A DNA stretch of 61,186 nt, counting the filler. It is 9 parts of 9 records of this genome, joined end to end, with 100 filler letters (N's around TTAATTAATTAA, not from the genome) between each part and the next. Parts side by side here need not be neighbours in the genome. Positions count along the whole stretch, not along the records: positions 1 to 5,762 come from SRR7504441_2763; positions 5,863 to 11,437 come from SRR7504441_2764; positions 11,538 to 18,988 come from SRR7504441_2771; 6 more parts are not named here. The stretch is one strand, 5' to 3'. Position 1 is the first letter of the stretch. Each line of letters starts with the position of its first letter. Both the position numbers and the translations under genes were made by a program. The notes under the pieces are model-generated. The model was not told the DNA's origin and searched no databases. It saw nothing but the letters and a program-made list of their open reading frames with translations. Shown piece by piece: positions 1-12,351 of the stretch.

Positions 1-2059
1 TTCAAGGAGAACCCCGGGGGCGAGTTTCGTAAGAGCTACCACGGATACCCTAGCGGGTACGCCCAGCTGCTCCACTCCCCGAGCCAGTGGCTGGTCGAGC
101 CGATGCAGATTGACACGCACAACCGGAACTACAGCCTGACCGACCCGGTTGGGTACCAGCCTGCCTTCCTACCTAAAGTGCAGCAGAACAACATGACGCA
201 GCTCAATGGCGGTCTGTCCCCCCTGATCGAGTGCCCCTGCTCCGACAGGATCAGCCGGAGCACTGTGGAGACTGCCCAAGTGCTCACCAGCGGCAGCTGC
301 CCGTCGCGGATCGAATCGGCCGCCCAGTGCGCACAGGCTGCCTCATACCTCACCCAAGTGGTGTCCAACGCCACAGTGTCCAATGCCTCGCTGCCTGCCG
401 GCTGTGCCATCCAGCCCACAGGCGTCCCGGGGCAGTATGCCGCTGTGTTCAACACGGCCTCCTCCTCGGCCTCGTGCGGCGGCCCCGCTGAGTACGAGTG
501 GGTCGGGCCGGTGAACGGCACTGCAATCGACTGTGCCTCAGGCAAACAGTGCCTCGCATCCGAACCCAAATTCGGTTGCACTGGCGAGTTTGATGGACAA
601 TGCACCTGGGACACGCCCGCGGCCGCGCTGGAGCACTGCGGCCAGAACCCTGAGTGCCTGGGCTTCTACTGCAGCGCCCAGTACTCAAAGAAGCTGCTGT
701 GCTTTGGCCGGAAATCTGCAACAACCCGAGCTTCGACTGTGGCTGCAGACCAGACTTGGTACAAGCAGCGGCTCGGCCGGCTGGCTGGCCAGCAGACAGT
801 TGGTGACCTGATCAAGCTCAAGCTGAACCACGACGGAAAGAAGCTGAACATCTCAATCACCGGCCCTGCAGATGTCTGGTTTGGAGTTGGCTTCAACGCG
901 AACTCGATGTCCGATGCCCCGTACACTCTGGTGGTCGACGGGACTGGCGCTGTGTCGGAGCACAAGCTTGGCGCGCACTCGCCCGGCGCCGTGCTCGCAG
1001 GCTCAGTCACTGTTGAATCGTCGAGTGTCAGCGGTGGCCGGCGGACAGTTGTCCTCTCTCGAGCAGTGGCCGGTATCAGCAAGGACCACTACACGTTCTC
1101 TACTGCGCCAGGCGAGATCAACCTGATTGTGGCCGTGGGGAGCACGCCGCAGTTTGCGTACCACAAGTCGCGGACCGGGAGCAAGATCGTGATGCTGCCG
1201 AGCGACGGCCCGGCATGTGTGTGCACCCCTACGGTGCACTCGTACCTCACCTATATGAACACCAGCACCTCAGAATTCGAGGGGTACAGCTGCGCCGATG
1301 AGCCCAGGTCAGACATGCTCAAGCACGGCGACGGCACCGGCCGCGATACACCAAACGCGGCCTGTGCGATGGAGACGTACCACGGCGGTCTGAAGTGCTG
1401 CAGCCACCAGCAGTTCTTGACCGACATCGAGCAGGACTCTATGATCCAAAACCAGACCGACACCTATTTCCTCAAGTGGCGGTGAGCTCGCAGCCAGCGG
1501 GGGCAGCTGAGCGGGTGGCAGGTACTACTTCCAGGAGTACGAGCCAGCGAGCAGTGGGACGGCTGCCTCGCACAAGCACCTGCACCACTGGGTGTTCCTG
1601 ATAGACCAGGCAGTGAACGACTATGAGGAGGACGGTGCGCATTACGGAGTGGCCTCGGTCGGCAAGATCACCGCGCACCTGACGGGCAAGGATATGGGGC
1701 TCGAGGACACGCCGAGCAACTGGACCAACTGGTGGCCTCTGGTGATGACACCGCACTGCCACGCGCCCAGCTGCATCCGCGAGGAGCTGTGGAATGATGA
1801 TACGGGTGAAATCATCTGCAACATGACTGCAGCGTACGGGAACAGCAAGTATGGCGCGCTGAGCGAGGTATTCAACGAGAAGGACTATATCGCGATCCTG
1901 CCGTGCATCTACGGGTCTCAGCCAGGGCTGCAGAGTCCGTTCAAGCTGACCGGGAGCACCAACATCACCGCGATCAAATACTTCAACAACACCTATCGGC
2001 ACCTGGGCCAGATGGCCCAGTGGACTGGAATGATGGTCTACGACACAGACCCGTTCTAG
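1..2059 (+). CDS. SURNod19-like / Cu-monooxygenase-like protein with inserted heme-type DOMON domain (5'-partial; intron 1482-1521)
   Basis: Frame 1 is open from base 1. A 40-nt GT-AG intron joins YFLKWR to YYFQEY. Motifs GGEFRKSYHGYP, WLVEPMQIDT, YHGGLKCC, PHCH, NEKDY and HLGQM resemble SURNod19. WFGVGFNANSM...FAYH is DOMON-like. Confidence 0.65.
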
Positions 2060-2454
2060 ATCCGCCACCTACACAAAAACAGGTGCGGGTACGTATGAAG
2101 CATACACGTGTCACTATCATCTGTGATGTACGGTGTGTTAGATTCTTGTAAGATTCTTGCCCTACATGCCTGGGCGAATGTACATCAGGTTTTATAGAGA
2201 GAAATGAGAGAGAGATTCTTAGGTATGTGGCCTTAAGCCACTGGTCAATGAAGCAAGATATTAGCTTGCCACAGTAGTGCCATGTACACGCGTGCATAAT
2301 GTGATCTAATGTAATCGTCCAGATGTTTTGTTCGTCGTGTCCTTGCCATCGCCCGATGAAGCAACAGGTTTCCATCGCCTTGGAAACCTTCCGTTTCCAG
2401 TTTGTCCGGCACGCCCGCAGCAGCTCCGCGTCTGGCCAGCGCCGGCGGTCGCGG

Positions 2455-5282
2455 ATGGACCCTGCGCACGAGGCGCCGGACAGCCTGCTGCGCGGGTATG
2501 TGTGGGCCAGCGGCTTATCGATCGGGTCGATCGGGCTCATGCTCCTCTGCTACGCTGTCTTCCCCATCACCCGGGGCGCCGCCTCCTCGGTGCCGCCCGC
2601 CGCCCCGCCGCCCCAACCCGGGCCAGCTGATGATGTGGCGGAGCGCGGCTGACCTGATGATGGCGGCCAACCTGATCCTGGCCGAGATGGAGCTCGGGGA
2701 CAACGACCAGCTCTCGGCCCAGGTGCGCCCGGCCCGGCCGGCCGTCCGCAGCCCTGGCGGCAGGACTGCCTGCCATACTCGCTGGTGCACCAATTCTGCA
2801 TCATCGCGTCGGGCTGCTGGTGCCAACCGGCGGTGCGGGCTCAGGCTGGGCTGCAGGTTCATCACGATGTCGTGGGAGCTCAAGGAGGCGGTGCGGAACC
2901 CCTTCTCCAAGCACCAGTCCAACCTGCTCACACAGCACCTGGTGGTCTGGCTGGTCAGCTCCGGGCTCACCATCCCGGTGTGGGCGTGCAATGCATACGG
3001 GGTCTCCTCGGTCCAGCTCTGCTGGATTAAGTACTCCGGCGAGGGCTGGAATCTGTACCTTTGGCTGCTCTTCTACCTGCCAATGGCGGTCTTTTACCTC
3101 GGGAGCATACTGGTGCTGGTCTACGTGGCCCGCAACTTCACCGGGGTCTCCGAGCGGAGCCACGCCACCCGGCGGAAGGTGCTCCGGGAGACCTCGGCGT
3201 TCGTGCTCGGGTTTTGTATATACTGGACTGTGCTTGGCGCGCTGTATATGAGCGCGTTCTACCGAGATAAACTAGAAACCGACAGCGTCCGGATCCAGGC
3301 GCTGGTGTGCATGCTCGGGCTGCGCGGATCGTTCGACTGTGTGGTCTGGATGAGGACTAACCAGCTGTGCTGGCTGATCTACAAGCACGGCTGGTCGGAG
3401 GCTCGTGCACTCAGTCTGCCGAGCGGAGGCGAGTACGACGAGGTGATGCAGTCGATGCGTCGGGACCTGATGCTGTTCACCGCCCAAGGCATCTCGGACA
3501 GGGCTGCGACCGTGTGGGACGAGGAGCAGGCCGAGCAGGGCAGGCCGGTCTGTGAGCGGGATTACTGCTCGGTAGAATCTCAGGTCAACACGTCGCATCA
3601 TGAGCGCGGCGCCTCGGACCCCAACCTAGGGCTGCTCCTGCCGGAGCCGGCAGAGCAGCTCGGCCGGAGCACCAGTGGCTCTCAGGTGTACGTGCCTCGG
3701 CCGGACATTTATGATAACATGGTCTCACTCGCTGATAAGCTGTTGAAGAACAAGCGGGACCGGACCGGGACCTTTGTAGACTACGCCCCGAGGGTGTTCC
3801 ACGAGATACGCAAGCTGAGCGGTGACCCAACTGCTAGGCGTGTGTGAGCCGGGCTGCAGGGGTGAGCTGCGAGGCATACTGCCGGTCGTTCGTGGAGACG
3901 TCCGACGACCTCGAGCACAGCACTGCCCGAGTGAGCACCGGCGGGTCCAGTCGGAGCACCGCGCACATACTCTCGGCCACGGCGTCGTCGATGAAGGAGC
4001 GTTTCAGTGAGGGCAAGAGCGGGATGTTTTTGTATTTCACCGAAGATCGGCAGTTTATGGTCAAACAGATGAGCGAGCAGGACTACAAGAGCTTGCAGAG
4101 AGTTCTCCCGGCCTATTTCGACCATCTGCAGCACAACCCGGAGTCGTTCATAATGCGATTCTACGGCTGCCACGCGATTAGCATCCCGACCACCTTTCTG
4201 GAGCGAATGCTAGACTTCAGGGGCGGGGCTAAGATCTACTTTGGTGTTTTCAATAACGTCTTCGCGCACGCTTCGCTGCCAGCCAGAATGAGCGAGCGGT
4301 GCGCTGCCCACCTGCGCTGAAACTGACTAGTGCGTTCCAGCTACGACATCAAGGGCTCGACAGTAGCCCGCCAGATCTGCTCGCAAGAGGACCTGCAGTG
4401 CCCGCCGAGCCCGGACCGGGTGTTTGTGCAGTGCCTCAAAGACGTGGACTTGAAGCTGCTCGGCCGGTGCATCCCGATGGCCCCAGAGCACAGGGCCAGG
4501 CTGCTCGACCAGCTCCGGCGCGATACCGAGTTCTTCGCGTCTGTGGGCGTGATGGACTACTCGCTGCTGCTCGGAGTGGCCCCGGTCGAGCCGGAGGACG
4601 CCAGTCCAGAGTGCAACCTGGTGGCGTGTGAGTGCGCGCATGTGTATCGGTCGGAGCGGCAGCACTTTGCGTTTGGGATTATTGATATTCTGCAGCAGTA
4701 TGACTGCGAGAAGTTTGGAGAGAATTTCCTCAAGCGGTGCGCACTGGCCTGTGAGAGTGCACGGCTGAGTGCACGGGGGGCAGGTACGTGCTGTTTAAGG
4801 GGGAAGGCATATCCTGCAGGCCGCCGCAAGTCTACGCAGAGCGGTTCCTGCAGTTCTGCTCTGAGCACGTCTTCGTGCCACAGGAAGCTAACTGTCGCAT
4901 CTGCCGCGCCGCGGCTGCCCGAACGGATCTGATCGACCCGTGCAACCACACGATGCAGCCAGTAGCCACGCTGAAAGAGGAGCTGGTGGTCACCCTGTAC
5001 GAGCACCAAATCTTGCCTCATGAGACCATAACCCAAATCGCACTCAACTACCAAGTGCCGATCTCGGCGTTGAAGCGCTACAATCCAGCTAGTACGATCG
5101 AGAACCTGCAGTATGCAAGGGAGTACCTCGGTGTCGAATCTATCAAAATCCCTCTAACGAGTAACAATGAGGATGACACTCCGGCTAGTGCTGCGGAGAG
5201 GGAGGAGTATGACGAGTCTGATGAGAATCCACTCGTTGAGATCCCAACTGCTACGAGTAGAAATAACACTAAACTAAATTAA
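2455..5282 (+). CDS. GPCR-phosphatidylinositol phosphate kinase fusion (GPCR-PIPK) with C-terminal LysM-like domain; introns 2590-2626, 2723-2763, 2820-2856, 3822-3859, 4299-4340, 4737-4783
   Basis: The spliced product has multiple hydrophobic helices with CWI and NPF motifs, the linker MR(x9)GI, and PIPK motifs DYAPRVFHEIR, GKSGMFLYFTED, YDIKGS, LKDVD, MDYSLLLG and GIIDILQQY. It ends in HQILPHETITQIALNYQVPISALKRYNP. Confidence 0.88.
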
Positions 5283-5762
5283 TTCATGATAGTAGTAAAA
5301 CGTTAGGTTGAGTCAAAATAATGTTGCGGCCCGCGATCATTGCGATAATGCCATTATTATGGGTACTGTATTAGATGTATTGCGTCAAGTATTGGCTGCC
5401 TCTTACGTAGAATTATCTTAGCGCTTGTCGCTGCTGCCTCCAGCCAATCCGGACTCATTATACACTAGATAATTGATGACAACTTCGGCTATTTCAGTGC
5501 ACCGACTTGCCCGCCCGAGCTCTGAGCTCACCGTTGCGAACGCGTCTAGTGGAATTCTGTCCAGCGGCAACAACACTCGCATCTGTTTACCGTAAGCCGT
5601 TAGCTCTGTACTCGTAGCTGATCTGTTGGCGGCATCGCAGCACCATAGCTAGCCCCGTGCTCAGAGGTAGCCGGCGGAAGCAGGCCACCTGGGCATGATG
5701 CACGTCGTTCAGCCCGAGCAGCTCGAGCTTCACCAACGACTCCTCACCCGCCAGCCGCCTGC

Positions 5763-5862
5763 NNNNNNNNNNNNNNNNNNNNNNNNNNNNNNNNNNNNNN
5801 NNNNNNTTAATTAATTAANNNNNNNNNNNNNNNNNNNNNNNNNNNNNNNNNNNNNNNNNNNN
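5763..5862. other. Artificial contig linker
   Basis: 44 N + TTAATTAATTAA (six-frame stop) + 44 N. Confidence 0.98.
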
Positions 5863-5947
5863 AATCGATGGGGGGGCGGAGCGCTCGGGTCTGACAGGGC
5901 TGACGAGTCAGCAGCGCCCTATCGCCAGAGGTTGACGGGCCTACCCG

Positions 5948-7337
5948 ATGTCGGGCCTTGAACTGCGCGTCGGCGGTAAGTACCGGCTCGGCAAGAAGAT
6001 CGGCAGCGGCTCGTTTGGGGACATCTACCTGGGCCACAACGTCAGCTCGGGCGAGGATGTGGCCATCAAACTGGTGAGCCGAACCGTTGGCCGTAGTGAC
6101 CGCTCGAACCGCCTCTGTCGATCGCTCTGCGCTGATCTGACCGCGGTTCGCGCTGCAGGAATCGGTCAAAAGCAGGCACCCGCAGCTTTTGTACGAATCC
6201 AAGATTTACCGGATCCTCAGCGGCGGAGGTCAGCTGCGCAGTCGGGTCGGCCCAGCCTCTGATTGCTGTGCGTGGCCTGCAGTGGGGATCCCGAACCTGT
6301 TCTGGTACGGAGTGGAGGGCGACTACAATGTGATGGTGATGGAGCTGCTCGGGCCGAGCCTCGAAGACCTGTTCATGTTCTGCTCGCGCCAATTCACTCT
6401 AAAGACAGTGGTGATGCTCGCCGACCAGCTGGTGAGCCCATCGCCGCCCTGCCGCCCTGTGACGTTGTTCGACGATGCAGCTGAGTCGCATAGAGTACAT
6501 CCACAGCCGAAGCTTCCTCCACCGTGACATCAAACCAGACAACTTTCTTATCGGTGCGCCCTCTAGCTGCGTGCGCACACCCCGCTGGCCGCAGGGTCGC
6601 AGCCCTTAAGCCTCTGGTTGTGTGCAGGGTTGCATAAGCGCGCCAACCATGTCTATGTGATCGACTATGGGCTGGCAAAGAAGTACCGCGACCCCAAGAC
6701 CATGCAGCACATCCCGTACACCGATAAAAAGAATCTGACTGGGACAGCGCGATATGCGAGCATCAACACCCACTGTGGAATAGAGCAGAGCCGCCGGGAC
6801 GACTTGGAGTCGTTGGGCTACGTTCTCATGTACTTTCTGCGAGGATCGTTGCCCTGGTCTGGTCTCAAGGCCACAACAAAAAAGCAGAAGTATGAGAAGA
6901 TCATGGAGAAGAAGATCTCGACGCCAATAGATAAACTTTGTGGTGGCTACCCACAGGAGTTTGCTACTTTCCTGAACTACGCACGCGCACTCCGCTTTGA
7001 AGACAAACCAGATTATTCATATTTGCGGAAGTTGTTTGCAAGCATTGTGCAGCGCGAAAACATCGTGTTCGACTATGTCTTCGATTGGACGATAGTGAAG
7101 CAGGAGATGGATAGGTCAAAGCGACAAGGTCCCAGTAACGCTTCAGCAGCTGCAGAAGGGGCCAATCCTGAAGCAGGAGGCAGGGAGTCCGGCGGTGGTG
7201 GCGAGGCCAGAGCGAGGGGTGATGGCCAGCGTGCCTCTCGCACACGCGAAGCCAGGCCTGCAGGGGGTGACGGAAACGACCGAGAAGCTAGGCATCGTGA
7301 TAGAGGTGGTCGGTCCGGTCAAGAGGCGAGGCGTTGA
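5948..7337 (+). CDS. CK1: Casein kinase I (delta/epsilon-like); introns 6074-6158, 6229-6282, 6432-6480, 6554-6627
   Basis: [53 protein letters not shown] and [11 protein letters not shown] become contiguous after removing four GT-AG introns. Confidence 0.97.
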
Positions 7338-7755
7338 GGTTGGAGTCGCCTCTGCATGAGTTCCATAATCAGGAGTACAGAAGCTGCTTTCAATTGCAAG
7401 GGAAACAAATGCGATTCTGGTAGAAGCTCAACTGCAAGACCCTTGGAACACTAATATGAGACATAATCAAAATTTCAAAGCCATGACGGTACGGTAATAC
7501 AAGAGTGTGTTCTGTGCTTACAAGTGTGAATCTCTTGGTAAATAAATGAGTTCACAGTTTATTTAAAATGAAACTTGGTTCATGTCTGGGCACCTATCTA
7601 TATATCTATATTTTAGTAACTATAGATATTGTATAGATATTGTTGCCAAAAATACGATTGTACTCGTATTGTTGCAAGATCGATTCAAACTCTTTAGCTC
7701 TCGTATTCCTATAGTATTCCTATAGTATATAGCTACTCGTATTCCTATAATATTC

Positions 7756-10700
7756 CTATAACTCTACTCTGGGTGCTTTTTGAGTTGTGACATTTGTATA
7801 GTTGTCATCTCGATTTGGATTGTTGGGTGGCCTGGTGGGTATGGTGAGCATATCTGCATTCTGCGAACCCATCAAATTTGCCGATGGACCGGTACGTTGG
7901 AAGTTGGCAGATGGACCGGATCTATTTGGTTGTCCTGCCCAAACTGAGGGGTCTGACATGGAGGGATGCTGATTGGTAACACTGGCATAGTATCCTGGAT
8001 TACTGAGCCAAGACGGTGGAGCACTTGACATGTGATCTATTCTATGAGTTTGCACATGCGTGGGAGGAGGTTGCCCCATTGGCTGGTGCCTAGCCTGTAG
8101 ATGGCGCGGAGCAGGTGATTGCCTGAGCTGGCCATGAGGCTGTGCTGTTTGCATGCGAAGCTGTGCGTGCAAAGGAATAAAGTGCGCAGTGTTCCTCTGA
8201 TTCTTGAGCTGCTCGATTTGGTGTATCACTTGACCTGCCTCCTCAAGCCTTTGCTGTGCCATAAGGCTTTGCAGTTTTTCCTCTAGCTGCATCAGCTGCT
8301 GGACCCGATTACTTTGCACTACACTGAGCATACCATCTGGTGGCCCCTGTATCCCAGACACTGGTGCTGCATTGATGGGTGCTGTTCTTTGATCAGAATC
8401 GGGGACCGGTCTCTTCTTCTGCACCCAATCCTTGTGAGCTTTGGCCATGGTTGTCTATTCTAAATTGGCAGGGGAAATCACCGTAGCTTGGTCTGGACAA
8501 GGCACATTCTCTCCAGATTTAGCATCACCTGATCAATAGTACCATCAGCGGCCTAAACTGGCAAACTAATGCTCGAGGTGAGGCAAGTCAACTGACCTGG
8601 AGATAGTTGTTCCACACCAAGCGACACCACAACACTGTTGTAAATAGTGGTGGGCAGCTGACGCATTCGTACACTGATCCCCAGAGGCCAGCACGGATCT
8701 TTACTCAGGGGAATGCCTTGATGTTTGACACGTTTTCCTGGCTTCTGTGTTTCTGAGGGACGAGCGTACATCATTCCTGCCTGTGTTGCATTTCCATTTG
8801 GTGCCTCCCTGTCTGGCTTTGGTGCTGTTCGACTGGGCGGCGGTCCATTCGAGCCAACTACGTATGGCATGGCCTGCTGAGGAAATGGCTTGACTCCCTG
8901 TCGCAACTTTGGAACAAGGCTGGGCTGTTCCTTCAGAACCCCCTCAGCATCGATGCTCAACATTTGTGGGCTCTCTGAGTTGCGCAATTCTAAGTTGCTA
9001 GATCTATTTCGCGCATCGACTCCAGCTGTACCAGCATGCGTACCAGCATGCATAGCATTCTGTGGAGGATGTTGTGCATGTTGTGGCGGCTGTTTCATGA
9101 GACTTTGTGTAGCAGAAAATTTAGATGCTTGATTGGCAGGATCGGCTCCTGACAATTCTTGAGGGCATTGTGAGTTCAGTCTGCGTCTTTGATACTGGTT
9201 CATAAGTACACGGGGGGACAAGCTCAACTCATCAGATTGTTCGTTCTGCCGAGCTGCATAGCTGAGATTATCAGGATGAGCAGAACCCCGACTCTTGGGG
9301 CTGTTCTTGGCCTCTGCGTGCCTAGCACGCTCTTGACTCGAAAGCTGATCTTTGTTGGTACTGGACAATGTTGGATACAACTCAAGATCGACCTGCGATC
9401 GCTTTTCAGTGTCCTCCAAGATAGATTAGATAAGTCTGCTAGCTATTAGCCTCAGCATACTAGCGCCTAGGATACTATACTGGGAGAGGTTGTGTTGAAG
9501 TACCGCATTGACCTTTCGTTTCAGAGCTGCAGGGTTCTCCTCAGCAGGTGCCATTACACTGGTACGGCTCGATTGAAAATCGATGGACCTCGTTGGATCA
9601 GGTTTCGGGTGCTTGGCTTCAGAATCCTGGAGTCTATGTGCAGGCTTTGATCTTTTAGCTGGTACTTTGGCCGGTGCCGCGGTTTCTTCATCATCAAAAA
9701 GTGGATCCTCGCTTTTGAGATTTGCATTTCTCCGGGAGGCGACAGGCCTTTTACCACCCCTTTGGCCCGTGTTCTCTCGAGTCCTCTTGGTGGTGGTAGT
9801 ACTGCTAGGGGCATGCCTTACACAAGCTAGTGCGGCATGCAACTGCACGTACACCCAATCCGAAAGCGCCTCCAACCTGGCCAGATGCGGTCAGTGCGAG
9901 CAGCCCAATAGCAAGGCACTTGAGCTCCAAGGATGGGATGTCACCCCTTCCACCTGGCACGAGCCACGTCAGTGCTTGCCCACAGAGATGAGCCCGCTTC
10001 TCGTCAAAACATGTAAGGCCATATGCAACGCAAGCACTCTGGGGTGCATCAAACAAGAGGCTGGCATGCCGGCTAGCTTTACCAAATTTGATCCGGAGTG
10101 GTACAGTGGCAGAGCTGCGCTCCGGCTCCCAGCCGCCCAAGTCAACCTGAGACCCCCCGAGCTCATTCGACCGGCGCCAATGCACGAGCAGGCTGTGCGC
10201 TCACGCGTACCTCGATCGCGCCAGCCTTCTTCAACTGCTCATCAACATGCTGGTCGGAGGTGTCAAGCCTTTGGCATAAGCGACAGGTGCTGATATCCTA
10301 CACGCAGCGCGTCAGAGAGCTGCAGGCGAGGGGAGCCCATGTCAGCAGCATCAGACTCAAGCATGAGAGCTGTGAACGGTCTGACCTTGGGAAGGTATAT
10401 ATGCTTGGCCACCACCCACTGGAATGAGTCATCCACGTAGTATCTGATCCAGTATTTGAGGCAGCCCCGAACCTGGACTGCCGCTCAGCCCACCCGCTGG
10501 TGCGTCTGATCACCGCTCGCTTCACTTTGCTGATCTGGGCCATCCAATAGACAGTCCTGTCTTCGGGGGCACAGTGGGGATCGCTGGCAAGCACCGCGCA
10601 ACCAGCTCGCAGCTGCCTTGGAGCCTGCACCCCATCCACACGGCTTCGATAGGCCACGCGTCGGATGCTCACCCGGGCGTCGGGGAGGATCTGGATCTCG

Positions 10701-10907
10701 TCAATTTTTTTCCAGAGGGTGGCTCCGTTGTGGTCGAGCTGCACCTGCACCTTATCGTCCCGCAGCACCGAGTTCTGCCCCGGCCCTCACGCTGCCCAGA
10801 CCGGCCGGCACCACGACCACAGCGTCGAGCAGCTTGCGCTTGCTGCTCGCGCCATTCAACACCGCCACAGCATCGTACACTTGCAGCTCGGTCTCCGGGT
10901 CGTCCAT
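7756..10907 (-). CDS. Multi-exon probable chromatin-associated protein (Tudor-like barrels, CxxC, long Q/P-rich disordered tail); exon structure only partly resolved
   Basis: Spliced pieces LLDAVV|NSVLRDDKVQVQLDHNGATLW and YWMAQISKV...KYWIRYYVDDSFQWV look Tudor-like. CRLC follows, then collinear ORFs 9426-9875, 8553-9419 and 7756-8448. Confidence 0.45.
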
Positions 10908-11011
10908 GCCCCGGCGGGTAGGACCGCAGGCCTCGCCGGAAAAAAAAAAAAGACCCGCGCTCAAACCCACTGCATGCTCGGGCTGCTGTGTCCTTAGCTG
11001 GGAAGCGGCCG

Positions 11012-11437
11012 ATGCCGGTGGCTCCAGCGCCTCCGATCACACCGGGGGATGTCGAACAGCTGCTGAAGGAGAACAAGATGTTCATAATGGCCATCTACCA
11101 GAACCAGAACGCCGGCAACCTCGAGGCCTGCTACCTGTGCGTGCCCCACGCAGCCCCCCCGTAGCGGTCTAGTCACCCTCCACCGGGGCTCGTCACCCCG
11201 TGCGACTTCCCCAATAACAGTGGCCCGCTCGCATAGTCTAGGGCAGCCGAGGCCCCACGAGGCTCTGGGGTGACCGGGTGCCCGTGGCAGGTACCAGATG
11301 CGGCTACAGCGCAATATTATGTTCCTGGCAACGCTGGCGCTGAACGCCCCCTTCGACGCTTCCCAGGTCGGGCGCTGAGGAGACTAGGACTCGTGGATGA
11401 CTGGTGCTCCATCTCATCCTGCAGCGCGGAGGTTCCG
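11012..11437 (+). CDS. SS18: SS18/SSXT (GIF-like) SWI/SNF subunit, N-terminal domain; intron 11137-11290; possibly 3'-partial
   Basis: The spliced peptide ITPGDVEQLLKENKMFIMAIYQNQNAGNLEACYLYQMRLQRNIMFLATLA matches the SSXT consensus. The ORF track misses it. Confidence 0.88.
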
Positions 11438-11537
11438 NNNNNNNNNNNNNNNNNNNNNNNNNNNNNNNNNNNNNNNNNNNNTTAATTAATTAANNNNNNN
11501 NNNNNNNNNNNNNNNNNNNNNNNNNNNNNNNNNNNNN
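11438..11537. other. Artificial contig linker
   Basis: N-TTAATTAATTAA-N spacer. Confidence 0.98.
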
Positions 11538-12008
11538 CCAGAGGCCGCCGATTCCTGTTTCGCCAGCGTTGACCTCAGACGGTCATTCTCCGCTTGCAGC
11601 ACCGCAGTCACCTGCCCAGAGGCCGCCGGTCTCTGCATCTCGGACTCCGACCTCAGCTCGCTGTTGGCGCGGCGCAGATCCTGGTTTTCAGTGACCAGAC
11701 CTTCGTTCTTCCTCTTTAGCTCCTCCAGTTTCCGCGCGTGGGCTAGTTTCTCCTGCTTGCTCTCGCTCTCTGCTGCCTGACTGGCCCTCTGCAGCTGATC
11801 AGCCTCCTGTCGCGTGGCCTCGGGGCTCCGCTTCCACCGCTGGCGCTTGGAGTCGCTGCTAGTCCGGCCGTTGGTCGCTGAGTCGCGGCTCTTTTTGGCG
11901 GAGGCCATCGTGGCCTTGAGTCCGGCCACCTCCAGCGCCTGCCCAGCGCTTAGCGGGCGCGCCAGCAGCCCCCAGGCGCACCATCTGGGCGAGCAGGTCG
12001 TCTCCCAT
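11538..12008 (-). CDS. Coiled-coil protein fragment (3'-partial)
   Basis: An E/K/R/Q-rich heptad ORF runs into the gap, with a probable short intron near 11940-11980. The start is uncertain. Confidence 0.5.
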
Positions 12009-12351
12009 GGGTCAGGACCTGCCTCGAGCGCCGCGCTGCGCCCTTGCGACCCCCAACACGTCCCCCGGCTCCAGCGCGGCGCGTTCCCTAGGCCGCCTAG
12101 GCAGGGCTGCTGCCGCAGTGCTTTTGCAACTCCTGCTCTTCACTCATTCACCTTGTGCCCCACGACGTCGCTTCTGCAGTAAAATCATGCATGACAAACG
12201 GACAAATTGACAATCAATCATACATGTCTATGCTGTCGATGATAACGCACGTGACTATCACGTAACAATACGACAATAGATCTAGCGGTGAGCAAATCTC
12301 TAAAATAGTGCATGTTTAATATTTAAGCTCCAATTGATTGCAATGGTGCAT

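Noticed and set aside
5807-5818. TTAATTAATTAA repeated eight times as a possible biological repeat
   Set aside because: It is always centred in 44-N flanks, so it is an assembly linker.
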